29,619 nucleotides of DNA from an uncultured Calditrichota bacterium (GTDB taxonomy: Bacteria; Calditrichota; Calditrichia; JAJRVZ01). The translations under genes and the position numbers were made by a program. Positions within the stretch are counted from its first letter, which is position 1. Each line of letters opens with the position of its first letter. The notes under the pieces are model-generated. The model was not told the origin of the DNA and ran no database searches. It was given only the letters and a program-made list of their open reading frames with translations. The stretch covers positions 1 through 29,619 of the forward strand of contig CAYSHN010000001.1 in the NCBI GenBank assembly GCA_964430815.1, written 5' to 3'. Below, piece by piece: positions 1 to 7,940 of this stretch.

Positions 1-737
1 CGGTACAGAAAAACCACTTCTACAAAAAGGGTTATTAATTCAATTATGCCGATGCCGATAATAGCGGATATATTTTTAGATTTTAATGCATCCACCATGG
101 TGGAGAGTACGGCATAACTACCCAGTACGATGAATAGTAAGAAGACAAACAAGGGGATACGAATAAAACTTGCCGACAATTGTTCACCGGTAATATTGGA
201 AAAAGTATCAACCACCAGTGGTGTCATTACATAGGTAAAAATAATCGCTTCCAGTAAACACCACAGCAGCGTTAAAAAAACGGCAATCCAGGGGATGGAA
301 GAACTGACCACGCTCTGCCCGGCATTGCGGATCAGACGGAAAGGCAGGAATAAAATATCTTTGATCAGGGCCCAGATAGCCAGAACAATGAGTTTAATCA
401 ATCCGAGCAATCCGCCAAAAAAATTAAAGAGGAATTTAAAAATACCGCCCCAGAAAGAGACAATTGATTTACCCAAATCCCACCAGGTTATAATTAAGGC
501 GGTTATAAATTCACGACGGTTTTGTCTGAAGATTACAGTTAACAGGCAGGCGATGGTAACCCAGCAGCCTAAGATGAAAGCACAGACCGGTAATAATAAA
601 AATAACCTTTTTCCTAACATCACCAGAACATTATCCGCTGCTCCCCAGGCGAAGGTTATAAACGCATCCTGAAAAAACAGAGGGAATAAAAGTATGGAAA
701 GAATAACCTTTATGATTCCACTGGTCTCACTAAGCAT
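1..737 (-). CDS. Polytopic membrane protein of unknown function, truncated at the left window edge
   Basis: Not in the ORF track. Manual reading of the - strand gives AGGAG-N7-ATG(737) and an open frame to the edge: MLSETSGIIKVILSILLFPLFFQDAF...IPWIAVFLTLLWCLLEAIIFTYVMTPLVVDTFSNITGE...IIELITLFVEVVFLY, with many hydrophobic segments. Confidence 0.8.
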   Translation of the reverse strand, partial: MLSETSGIIKVILSILLFPLFFQDAFITFAWGAADNVLVMLGKRLFLLLPVCAFILGCWVTIACLLTVIFRQNRREFITALIITWWDLGKSIVSFWGGIFKFLFNFFGGLLGLIKLIVLAIWALIKDILFLPFRLIRNAGQSVVSSSIPWIAVFLTLLWCLLEAIIFTYVMTPLVVDTFSNITGEQLSASFIRIPLFVFLLFIVLGSYAVLSTMVDALKSKNISAIIGIGIIELITLFVEVVFLY

Positions 738-906
738 AAATGGATCTCCTATTTTTATTTAAAATAGAAAACACACTCTATCGGAAAATATAAATTTATC
801 TAATCGCCCCTAAATTGACAGAAATTTGAATCGAATTAATTAATATAAGGCAAAATCTATAATTTATAATCGAATGAATGCTAAAAACATTGAGAAGTTT
901 TTTAAG

Positions 907-2109
907 TTATTTCCGGATGTATTTCAATTTAAGATAATAGTCATCAATTCCTAAGGCAACCAGCAGGCGATCCACTTTCGAGCGAACTAGCATTTTTAAA
1001 ATTTCCCAGTTCCCAAATTTATTTCTCGACTGACCTAACTGCAGATAGGCCTGACGTGAAGTTTCATACACTACCGGTTGCCTGTCTGCTGACTTACGGA
1101 TAAGTGTCATGGACCCTGTCGGACAGGTGGTAACGCAGAGCCCGCAGCCGATACAGCGGTCCAGGTTTATGATGGATTTGCTATTTTCGATATAAATAGC
1201 ATCCATCTGACACCGATCTACACATGTTTCACATCCGTTGCAGGTATCGGCAGCTGAAGTGGCATAGAAAGGGGAAGATATATGGTCCACCGGTCTGGGT
1301 AGTTTTTTCAATGTTCTTAAGACACCACAGCAACAACCGCAACAGCAGCAGATATTGCCCGCCTTTTGGTAATTTCCTGGTTGTAATACCAGGCCTGCTT
1401 TATCGGCCTGGTGTAAAATCTCAATGGCCTGCTGTGTACTGATTACACGACCAAGGCCGTTTCGCTCATAGTAATCGGCGGTCAGCCCAAAAATGAGACA
1501 GGATTCAAGTGGCTTGGTACATCCTGATCCGGTCATGGTTTGTTCGCGACGGCAAATACAGGGAGCAACAACAATCTTTCCCCGCCGGCGAAGTAATTCT
1601 TCGGCGTTTTCATAAGTCATAACTTCAAGTTTGGGGGTCAAGCTGCGATTAACAGGAATGGTACGTAATTGTGGAATTTTCCAGGCTTCCTTGAAAAGGG
1701 TCGGGATATAATCATCCATATCCTTGATTAATTCCAGATCCAGATTCTGAACATGGTACTCCCAGATGCCAATAACAAACTGATTAGCCATAAACAGAGG
1801 TTGATTATCAGATTTTTCTATACTGTATATTAATCCCTTTAAAGACATCTGTCTTAATCTTGATAAAGCCTGAACAAAAGGGATACCGGCCCTTAGAGCA
1901 ATTACGTCTGCTTTTTCGGGAATCAAGGTGAGCTGAACAGCCAGTTCCGCTTCGGTCGGTGTGAATAATCTACGCAGTAATCGTATTTCTAAACCGTTGT
2001 CGGTCTTTGGAAAACCGGCAGGTAAATTATTCAGATGCCCGGCTAATTTTTTATACAAAAGTTCAGATTTGTCTTCTAGTAGCATTGAATCGTCTTGAGG
2101 TACTTTCAT
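907..2109 (-). CDS. 4Fe-4S dicluster (ferredoxin-type) protein with N-terminal extension and Cys-rich middle domain
   Basis: Two CxxCxxCxxxC motifs (CNGCETCVDRC, CIGCGLCVTTCP), plus PCICR...C...C and ICCCCGCCCGVL. Start placed at ATG 2109 after GGTAGGG rather than the ORF-track 2163. Confidence 0.8.
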   Translation of the reverse strand: MKVPQDDSMLLEDKSELLYKKLAGHLNNLPAGFPKTDNGLEIRLLRRLFTPTEAELAVQLTLIPEKADVIALRAGIPFVQALSRLRQMSLKGLIYSIEKSDNQPLFMANQFVIGIWEYHVQNLDLELIKDMDDYIPTLFKEAWKIPQLRTIPVNRSLTPKLEVMTYENAEELLRRRGKIVVAPCICRREQTMTGSGCTKPLESCLIFGLTADYYERNGLGRVISTQQAIEILHQADKAGLVLQPGNYQKAGNICCCCGCCCGVLRTLKKLPRPVDHISSPFYATSAADTCNGCETCVDRCQMDAIYIENSKSIINLDRCIGCGLCVTTCPTGSMTLIRKSADRQPVVYETSRQAYLQLGQSRNKFGNWEILKMLVRSKVDRLLVALGIDDYYLKLKYIRK

Positions 2110-2209
2110 AATTTTCCCTACCATAAACCTTAAATAATTTACCAAAAGCAATCTTGTGAGCAAAAATGATTATGGTAATTCTTACAAATACTTTTAATCT
2201 ATAGCTAAT

Positions 2210-2239
2210 AAAAAAACCCGGCTCAAATTAAGCCGGGTT
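2210..2239 (-). terminator. Rho-independent terminator after the M16C peptidase gene
   Basis: The - strand reads AACCCGGCT-TAATTTG-AGCCGGGTT-TTTTT: a 9-bp stem plus U-tract, about 36 nt after the stop at 2276. Confidence 0.8.
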
Positions 2240-2275
2240 GTGCTCAAATTAAAATACAGATCTACGATCGATTGA

Positions 2276-5263
2276 TTACTGGCTGAGTGGCAGCACCTTG
2301 CCGAATAGATTCTCATTCATTTTTATCTTCTCTTCATTACCATATACACAATAAGCCTGTTGGGCTATAATATCGGCCACCATTTTTTCCATATTCTTAA
2401 TATCCTGCACTGTCACCGCCAGTACCGCTGTTCGTTCTTGCTGAAGCTGATCCTGGTTTCTTTTTTCCAGATAGAAACGAACGGCCAGATTCCCTTTTTG
2501 TGAAGGGGTTAATGGTTGATCCAGCTCGGCGATAGTTCCAATAATATACCGGGTCATGGTCTTATGGTCAGCTTCAAAATTGTGTAAATATTGTGGTGTA
2601 GCGCTATAATTGTCCAGAGTTTCCTTCAGATTTGGGTCACGGTATGAAGCAAAATAGACCTGACCGTTCGGGGCAAAGTATGAGAATCCCCCATAAGCAC
2701 CGCCAATCACCCGTATCTGATTTTGCAGCCAATCGGTGGAAAGAATCTGGTTCAAAACACGCATGGTCCCGTTCCAGTTATATCCTAATTTTGTATAATC
2801 ATATCCCTGCAGGACATACTGTACTTTTGAAGCACTCATCAGTGCTTCGTTCTTTTTGTTCAATTGGAAAGCCCAGGGTTGGTAGACCACTTTAACTTGC
2901 GGCAGTGTCTTCACAAAGTCTTTCAAGCTTTTAGTAAATGAGGCCTGATCGGATTTTCCACAGGTAGTCTGCACTATCAGGTTATCTTTGGTGAATATTA
3001 ATCCGGCAGTCCTGATCAGATTAGCGATAATCATGTCAGCTTGCGCATCAAAATTCTTCACCAGATTTGATACAAACCAGTAATATTCCATTCCGCCGGT
3101 TTGTTCGTTGAACATACCAGTATCACTGTAATAAGATAATAGTCGTGTCCGGGCATAACCAAAACCATTGCGTTGAACATTTGCGTCCAACCGTGATTGA
3201 TGCCTGATTAAAACTGCCTTCAGACGGTCCTTATCGGCAATATGAGAATTATTTACAATTTCCCCTACCAGTTCGAACATTTTATCGATCTTGTTATTCA
3301 TGGCTTTGGAAGAAACGATGAATTTGGGTTGTAAGTGTTTATCATCCTGATTTTCCAGGTAAGTACTCAGGTAAGTCTCGAATCCACCGGTATGCAGGTT
3401 TAGGGCTTTGTCTAGTTCACCAAAGCTATAGTTATCAGTATTCATACTACCCAAAACTTCGGCCAGCAAGGCGGTATACGGTATCAACTCAACTGGTAGT
3501 ATACGTATATCATAATACGATTGCCAGTACAAGACATTGTTGGTAAACGTTTCGTAATACAGAACAGGGACAGATTCCAGCTGTTTTTCAGTGACGGCAT
3601 ACCACTCTGCCTTTGGATTTATATCCTTGAGATCCAGCAGTGGTATGGTGGCCAGTGCCTCAGGGCTGTCTTCCCGTTGCTGATAGTCAATCAAATCAGT
3701 GGTTTCTTTTACCAGTGCATCTACATCTTGATCAGATAAAGTCGCTTTATAGTTTTGCAGTTGTTTTTCGATTTTCAAACTGGTTTCCGATTCCAGCCCG
3801 GGTTTTGGTTGTAAACTCAGCAGCAAGGCATGAGGATTATCGAGCATATATTGGCGGATCACCGATTCCAGGTAACCATTCTTAATGGCTGTTTTCAGTT
3901 CCGCCAGCGGTTTTTCATATTCCAGGCCGAGAAACGGATCAGCAGTGTAAAACCAGCCATAAATTTGCTGAAAATTATAAGTCAGGCCTTTTTGAGCATC
4001 ATCCCCTTCGCGCAGACGGAATTCAATGCGGTTCAGGGTACCCTCCACCGCTTGCTGGTCCAGTCCGCTATCAACTACGGCAGTAAATGTCTTGCTGACC
4101 AGTTCATTAAACCTGTCTTTATCTGCGGGATTGGCATTTTGGACCATAATTTGAAGAACATTCTGTTGTAAATCATCCAGTGACGCGGATACATCCTGAC
4201 CGATAGCGGCCTGTTGTAGCGCCAGACGCAACGGAGCCGATTCCTGGTTTACCAGTACTTCAGCCAGGATTTTAAGAGCCAGAGTGAGTTTCTGATCAGC
4301 ATTCAGACCAGCTACATAGTTAAGGGTCAGATAGGTCTGATTTACTGTATCGCTGCCTGCAGTGGTGGCATAATAACTGATTACTTCCTTGCGCTCTTTA
4401 AACGATGGCTGCAAGGGGATGGTTACCCGGGCATCGCTCAATTGATAATGAGACAAATAAGCCTCATCGATAAAAGCCAGTTCTTTATCCAGATCAGCGT
4501 TTCCGTATAGAAAAATGTAACTATTGACCGGATGATAATAACGGCGGTGGAAATTCAAAAAGTTTTCATAAGTCAGAGTGGGAATAGCCGTGGGATATCC
4601 CCCGGAAGAAAACCGGTAATCGTTATCCGGAAAAAGATATTTATTGACCTGATAACCCAGCTCACGGCTTGGATTGGAATAAGCCCCTTTCATCTCATTA
4701 TACACCACGCCTTTGTAAACCAATGCACTATCTTTGGCGGTCAGTTCATAATGCCAGCCTTCCTGTTTTAAAATACGCGGGTCGGTATAGATCAAAGGAT
4801 AGAATACCGCATCCAGATAGACATGCATTAAGTTAAAATAGTCTTTATCGTTCATACTGGCTATGGGATAGATGGTAATATCACTGCCGGTCATGGCATT
4901 TAAAAAGGTATTTAAGGAGCCTTTGGAGAGTATGTCGAAAGGACTTTTAACCGGGAAATTTTTTGAACCGTTCAGTACGGCATGTTCCATGATATGGGGA
5001 AAACCTGCATCGGAAGGGGGCAAAGTTTTAAAGGCAATACTGAAGGTTTTATTGGCATCAGCGGCAGCAATTTTGAACAGCCGGCCGCCACTTTGCACGT
5101 GCTCAAAATATAAACATTCTGCATTTACCTCTTTGACAAACCGTTTATCCAGCAGTTTAAAACCATGGTAAATGCTGCCTTTTTTATAATCAGCAAATGC
5201 GGTGGCAGACCAGGCCATCACCAATAGCAATAACCCGGTAATTAACGTTCGTTGTAACGGCAT
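2276..5263 (-). CDS. Insulinase-family (M16C) presequence-protease-like Zn metallopeptidase with N-terminal signal peptide
   Basis: HxxEH motif HIMEHAVLNGSKNFPVK, TFLNAMT, GVVYNEMKG and C-terminal IRVIGGAYGG...FASYRDPNL. The N-terminus MPLQRTLITGLLLLVMAWSATAFA looks like a Sec/SPI signal. Confidence 0.92.
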   Translation of the reverse strand: MPLQRTLITGLLLLVMAWSATAFADYKKGSIYHGFKLLDKRFVKEVNAECLYFEHVQSGGRLFKIAAADANKTFSIAFKTLPPSDAGFPHIMEHAVLNGSKNFPVKSPFDILSKGSLNTFLNAMTGSDITIYPIASMNDKDYFNLMHVYLDAVFYPLIYTDPRILKQEGWHYELTAKDSALVYKGVVYNEMKGAYSNPSRELGYQVNKYLFPDNDYRFSSGGYPTAIPTLTYENFLNFHRRYYHPVNSYIFLYGNADLDKELAFIDEAYLSHYQLSDARVTIPLQPSFKERKEVISYYATTAGSDTVNQTYLTLNYVAGLNADQKLTLALKILAEVLVNQESAPLRLALQQAAIGQDVSASLDDLQQNVLQIMVQNANPADKDRFNELVSKTFTAVVDSGLDQQAVEGTLNRIEFRLREGDDAQKGLTYNFQQIYGWFYTADPFLGLEYEKPLAELKTAIKNGYLESVIRQYMLDNPHALLLSLQPKPGLESETSLKIEKQLQNYKATLSDQDVDALVKETTDLIDYQQREDSPEALATIPLLDLKDINPKAEWYAVTEKQLESVPVLYYETFTNNVLYWQSYYDIRILPVELIPYTALLAEVLGSMNTDNYSFGELDKALNLHTGGFETYLSTYLENQDDKHLQPKFIVSSKAMNNKIDKMFELVGEIVNNSHIADKDRLKAVLIRHQSRLDANVQRNGFGYARTRLLSYYSDTGMFNEQTGGMEYYWFVSNLVKNFDAQADMIIANLIRTAGLIFTKDNLIVQTTCGKSDQASFTKSLKDFVKTLPQVKVVYQPWAFQLNKKNEALMSASKVQYVLQGYDYTKLGYNWNGTMRVLNQILSTDWLQNQIRVIGGAYGGFSYFAPNGQVYFASYRDPNLKETLDNYSATPQYLHNFEADHKTMTRYIIGTIAELDQPLTPSQKGNLAVRFYLEKRNQDQLQQERTAVLAVTVQDIKNMEKMVADIIAQQAYCVYGNEEKIKMNENLFGKVLPLSQ

Positions 5264-5410
5264 AAAAATTACCTCCAGTTTAAAATAGATTTGTAAGAAT
5301 AATTAATCCAGATTAGTTAAATGAATTTAAGAATATACGCAGATTATTTATATAAGATGCACTTTCCATGCGTAGGAAGCATTTGCACACAACTTTGCTA
5401 TCAAAAGCTA

Positions 5411-5607
5411 AAACGCAAAGGACGCTAAGGTTAACGCCAAGGACGCAAAGCAAATATACTGGAATAATTTTCTGCGTCGGTCAGCGTGCATCTGCGGCAA
5501 ATAGGCTGATTAATTAACCGCGGATAAACGCAGATGTAAGGCGCAGATAATTTTTTCTGATTATCTCTTCTGCGACCTCTGCGATTACCTTGGTGCCCTT
5601 TGCGTTT
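5411..5607. repeat. Nested imperfect inverted repeats built from CGCAAAG/CGCAGA-type units (REP/MITE-like intergenic element)
   Basis: 5411-5430 AAACGCAAAGGACGCTAAGG matches the reverse complement of 5588-5607 (AAACGCAAAGGGCACCAAGG) at about 17/20. An inner pair, ~5470-5498 (TCTGCG units) versus ~5517-5548 (CGCAGA units), is also complementary. Confidence 0.7.
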
Positions 5608-5664
5608 AATGTTTGAATTACCGCAGTTTAATTAAATAGTCATCTAAAAACATGGATATAAAAT

Positions 5665-6612
5665 TTAAGCATAAATGGAACTGGCATACTTATAGCCCGA
5701 ATCGGGAAATATTGTTATGATATTGGCCTGTTTATCGATCTGCCGGGCCAGTTTAATCGCGCCGTAAATATTTGCTCCGCTGGAACCACCGGCAATAATC
5801 CCTTCTTCGCGGGCTAACTTCAGGCTCCATTCAAAGGCGGTTTTATCATTCACTTGAATCATGTCGTCCAAAATATCAAGTTGAACGGTGGGTAACAGAA
5901 ATTCATCTCCCAACCCTTCCAGGCAGTAGTGATGTGGCTTTATCAGGATCTTCTTTTTAAAATATTCATAAAAGACTGATCCTTCGGGATCAATTCCAAT
6001 GAGTTTGATCTTGGGATTTTTTTCTTTTAAATAACGTCCGGCGCCGCACAATGTTCCACCTGTACCGACACCGACGACCAGGTAATCAATTTCCCCGGCC
6101 ATTTGTTCCCATATTTCCGGGCCGGTGGTCATATAATGCGATTCATTATTATTCAGGTTATTGTGCTGATCAACGTACAGGGAATGGGGAGTGGTTTGAG
6201 CAAGGAACCTGGCGTAGTTATTATAGGACCGCTCATTTTCCGGTGGCAGGGTGGCGTCTACTAAAATTACCTCCACCCCTAAATGCTGCAACATGCGTAT
6301 TTTTTCCCTGCTGGTTGAATCACGGATAACGATTTTACATTTATATCCTTTTTGAATGGCCACAATTGCCAGGCCCATGGCGGTATTACCAGAGGAATTC
6401 TCGATGATCGTATCACCGGGTTTTATTTTACCTTCCGCTTCTGCTTTTTCAATCATATACTTGGCAATACGGTCTTTTACACTACCACCGGGATTGGTAA
6501 ATTCAAATTTAGCCCAGACATTGGCTTTAATGCCTTTGGTAATTAAATTTAATTTTACTAAGGGAGTATTTCCAATTGCATCAGTCAGGTTCTCAGAACG
6601 GCACCGGTACAT
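5665..6612 (-). CDS. PLP-dependent cysteine synthase / cystathionine beta-synthase family enzyme (no C-terminal CBS domains)
   Basis: IGNTPLV, NPGGSVKDRIA (PLP lysine), SSGNT, HYMTTGPEIW, VGTGGT, LEGLG and GGSSGAN motifs. ATG 6612 follows GAGGA. Confidence 0.9.
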   Translation of the reverse strand: MYRCRSENLTDAIGNTPLVKLNLITKGIKANVWAKFEFTNPGGSVKDRIAKYMIEKAEAEGKIKPGDTIIENSSGNTAMGLAIVAIQKGYKCKIVIRDSTSREKIRMLQHLGVEVILVDATLPPENERSYNNYARFLAQTTPHSLYVDQHNNLNNNESHYMTTGPEIWEQMAGEIDYLVVGVGTGGTLCGAGRYLKEKNPKIKLIGIDPEGSVFYEYFKKKILIKPHHYCLEGLGDEFLLPTVQLDILDDMIQVNDKTAFEWSLKLAREEGIIAGGSSGANIYGAIKLARQIDKQANIITIFPDSGYKYASSIYA

Positions 6613-6851
6613 AGTCAAGTTCCTCTGGAAAAAATTGTAGTTAGAAATTTCAGTTAACTAAGGTCTGCTAATGGTACGATATGATGTTTGGCTAAGATGC
6701 ATCATGATTAGCATAATTGCAATATAGCAGTAAGCAGCTATTTGGGGCAAGTATGTTTTTATATAATTAAATTGGATAGAATTTTGAATATTAACGTATA
6801 TTAATTAAAAGGCCGGCTGGATAATCCGATAAAAAAGCTTGAAAGGAATAA

Positions 6852-7271
6852 ATGAATGGAAAGCCATATAAAACTGGCAGGAATTCTCAATATGTCTATC
6901 GATCTTTAGTCTTAATTGGAACCTTATTCCTTGGTATACTGGCGGCATCGTTTGAAGATGTCTATGCATTCCTGGTACAGTCTGATGCTATAAATCCGCA
7001 TGAAGTTCCATTAGCATTACTGAATATCGTACCGGTTATCCTGTCCTTGGTTGCGATTATGATGATCATCGTTTCAATCGCCGGTATCATTGGGGGTTTT
7101 GCTGTGCTGAATCGGAAAGAATGGGGCCGGATTGTATTGCTGGTAGTGAGTTTCTTTAACCTGATACGTGTACCACTGGGTACTGTACTCGGTGTCTACA
7201 GCATCTGGGTGCTGCTGGACAAGGAGAGCATTCAGATTTTCAATATATTTGCCGATAAAAAGGAATATTAG
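6852..7271 (+). CDS. Small membrane protein of unknown function (3-4 TM)
   Basis: GAAAGGA-N4-ATG; hydrophobic helices; GGFAVLNRKEWGRIVLLVVSFFNLIRVPLGTVLGVYSIWVL. Confidence 0.75.
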   Translation: MNGKPYKTGRNSQYVYRSLVLIGTLFLGILAASFEDVYAFLVQSDAINPHEVPLALLNIVPVILSLVAIMMIIVSIAGIIGGFAVLNRKEWGRIVLLVVSFFNLIRVPLGTVLGVYSIWVLLDKESIQIFNIFADKKEY

Positions 7272-7355
7272 ATTCAGGGTCATCGAAATCAGGTTGAGCA
7301 ATTATATGGAACTACCGGATGAGTGGTAGCAGAGTAAGGAGCAATAATATCTATT

Positions 7356-7763
7356 ATGCATAACTGGCCTGGCAGGAATTCACTTCTGCATATACTCTTT
7401 CTGTTTATAGTTTTTATTTCTATTATCAAGCGGGAGAGTGAAACAAACACATGTTTCAATTCTGTTCAGTTCTCCAGCCAAACCTATACCAGTTTTGTTG
7501 TTGCCGGCAAGCAGGAACCGGATCAACTCATTCAACGCCACGATCCGTTTACAAAAGGTGCGTACCCAAATCAATTATTTAGTCATCCCCGCGGAGTGCC
7601 TGACTGTTTAACGCTTAAATTTGCCATTCATGATTATAATGATATTATTTATAATACATCTCATCAATATTCTCCCCTTAATTATATTTTAAATATACTT
7701 CATCGTCAAAATATCTGGCATCAATCCTCTGAAAATGGTTCCTCAGTCCCGTTGATCTGTTAA
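7356..7763 (+). CDS. Putative leader ORF (N-terminal hydrophobic segment) upstream of secA2; candidate secretion monitor
   Basis: 135-codon open frame in AT-rich DNA, AAGGAG 14 nt upstream (long spacing), hydrophobic stretch LLHILFLFIVFISII, ends ...NIWHQSSENGSSVPLIC*. No family recognised. Confidence 0.45.
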   Translation: MHNWPGRNSLLHILFLFIVFISIIKRESETNTCFNSVQFSSQTYTSFVVAGKQEPDQLIQRHDPFTKGAYPNQLFSHPRGVPDCLTLKFAIHDYNDIIYNTSHQYSPLNYILNILHRQNIWHQSSENGSSVPLIC

Positions 7764-7770
7764 TAACAGC

Positions 7771-7879
7771 TGATCGTTTGATCAAGTTATCCTTACTTTA
7801 TCAGAATTATTTTAATTGCTTTCGTATTTTATGGTGATTCTGCTGCCGCTGGTTCATGCGGCTGAGATCAAACCGATCA
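7771..7879 (+). promoter_or_regulatory. Long nested RNA hairpin between the leader ORF and secA2
   Basis: TGATCGTTTGATC (7771-7783) pairs with GATCAAACCGATCA (7866-7879, one bulge). An inner stem CAGAATTAT (7802-7810) pairs with GTGATTCTG (7834-7842, two G-U pairs). Confidence 0.45.
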
Positions 7880-7940
7880 AATGTTTTTATTGATTTGCCA
7901 AAAGCCAAATATTTATGTAACTAACAGCAGGAATGATATC

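Noticed and set aside
295-672. 125-aa plus-strand ORF
   Set aside because: It is the antisense shadow of the minus-strand membrane protein at 1-737.
5411-5607. CRISPR array
   Set aside because: The units are short, degenerate and alternate in orientation, there are no unique constant-length spacers, and no cas genes are present.
6613-6850. SAM or other riboswitch upstream of the cysteine-synthase-family gene
   Set aside because: No ATC..GAG/GGCAACC/GTGC core or other recognisable aptamer is present; the region is simply AT-rich.
7881-7940. N-terminal 20-aa extension of SecA2 from ATG 7881
   Set aside because: It has no good SD and the sequence is not SecA-like; ATG 7941 has CAGGA at suitable spacing. 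It is kept only as an alternative in the uORF hypothesis.
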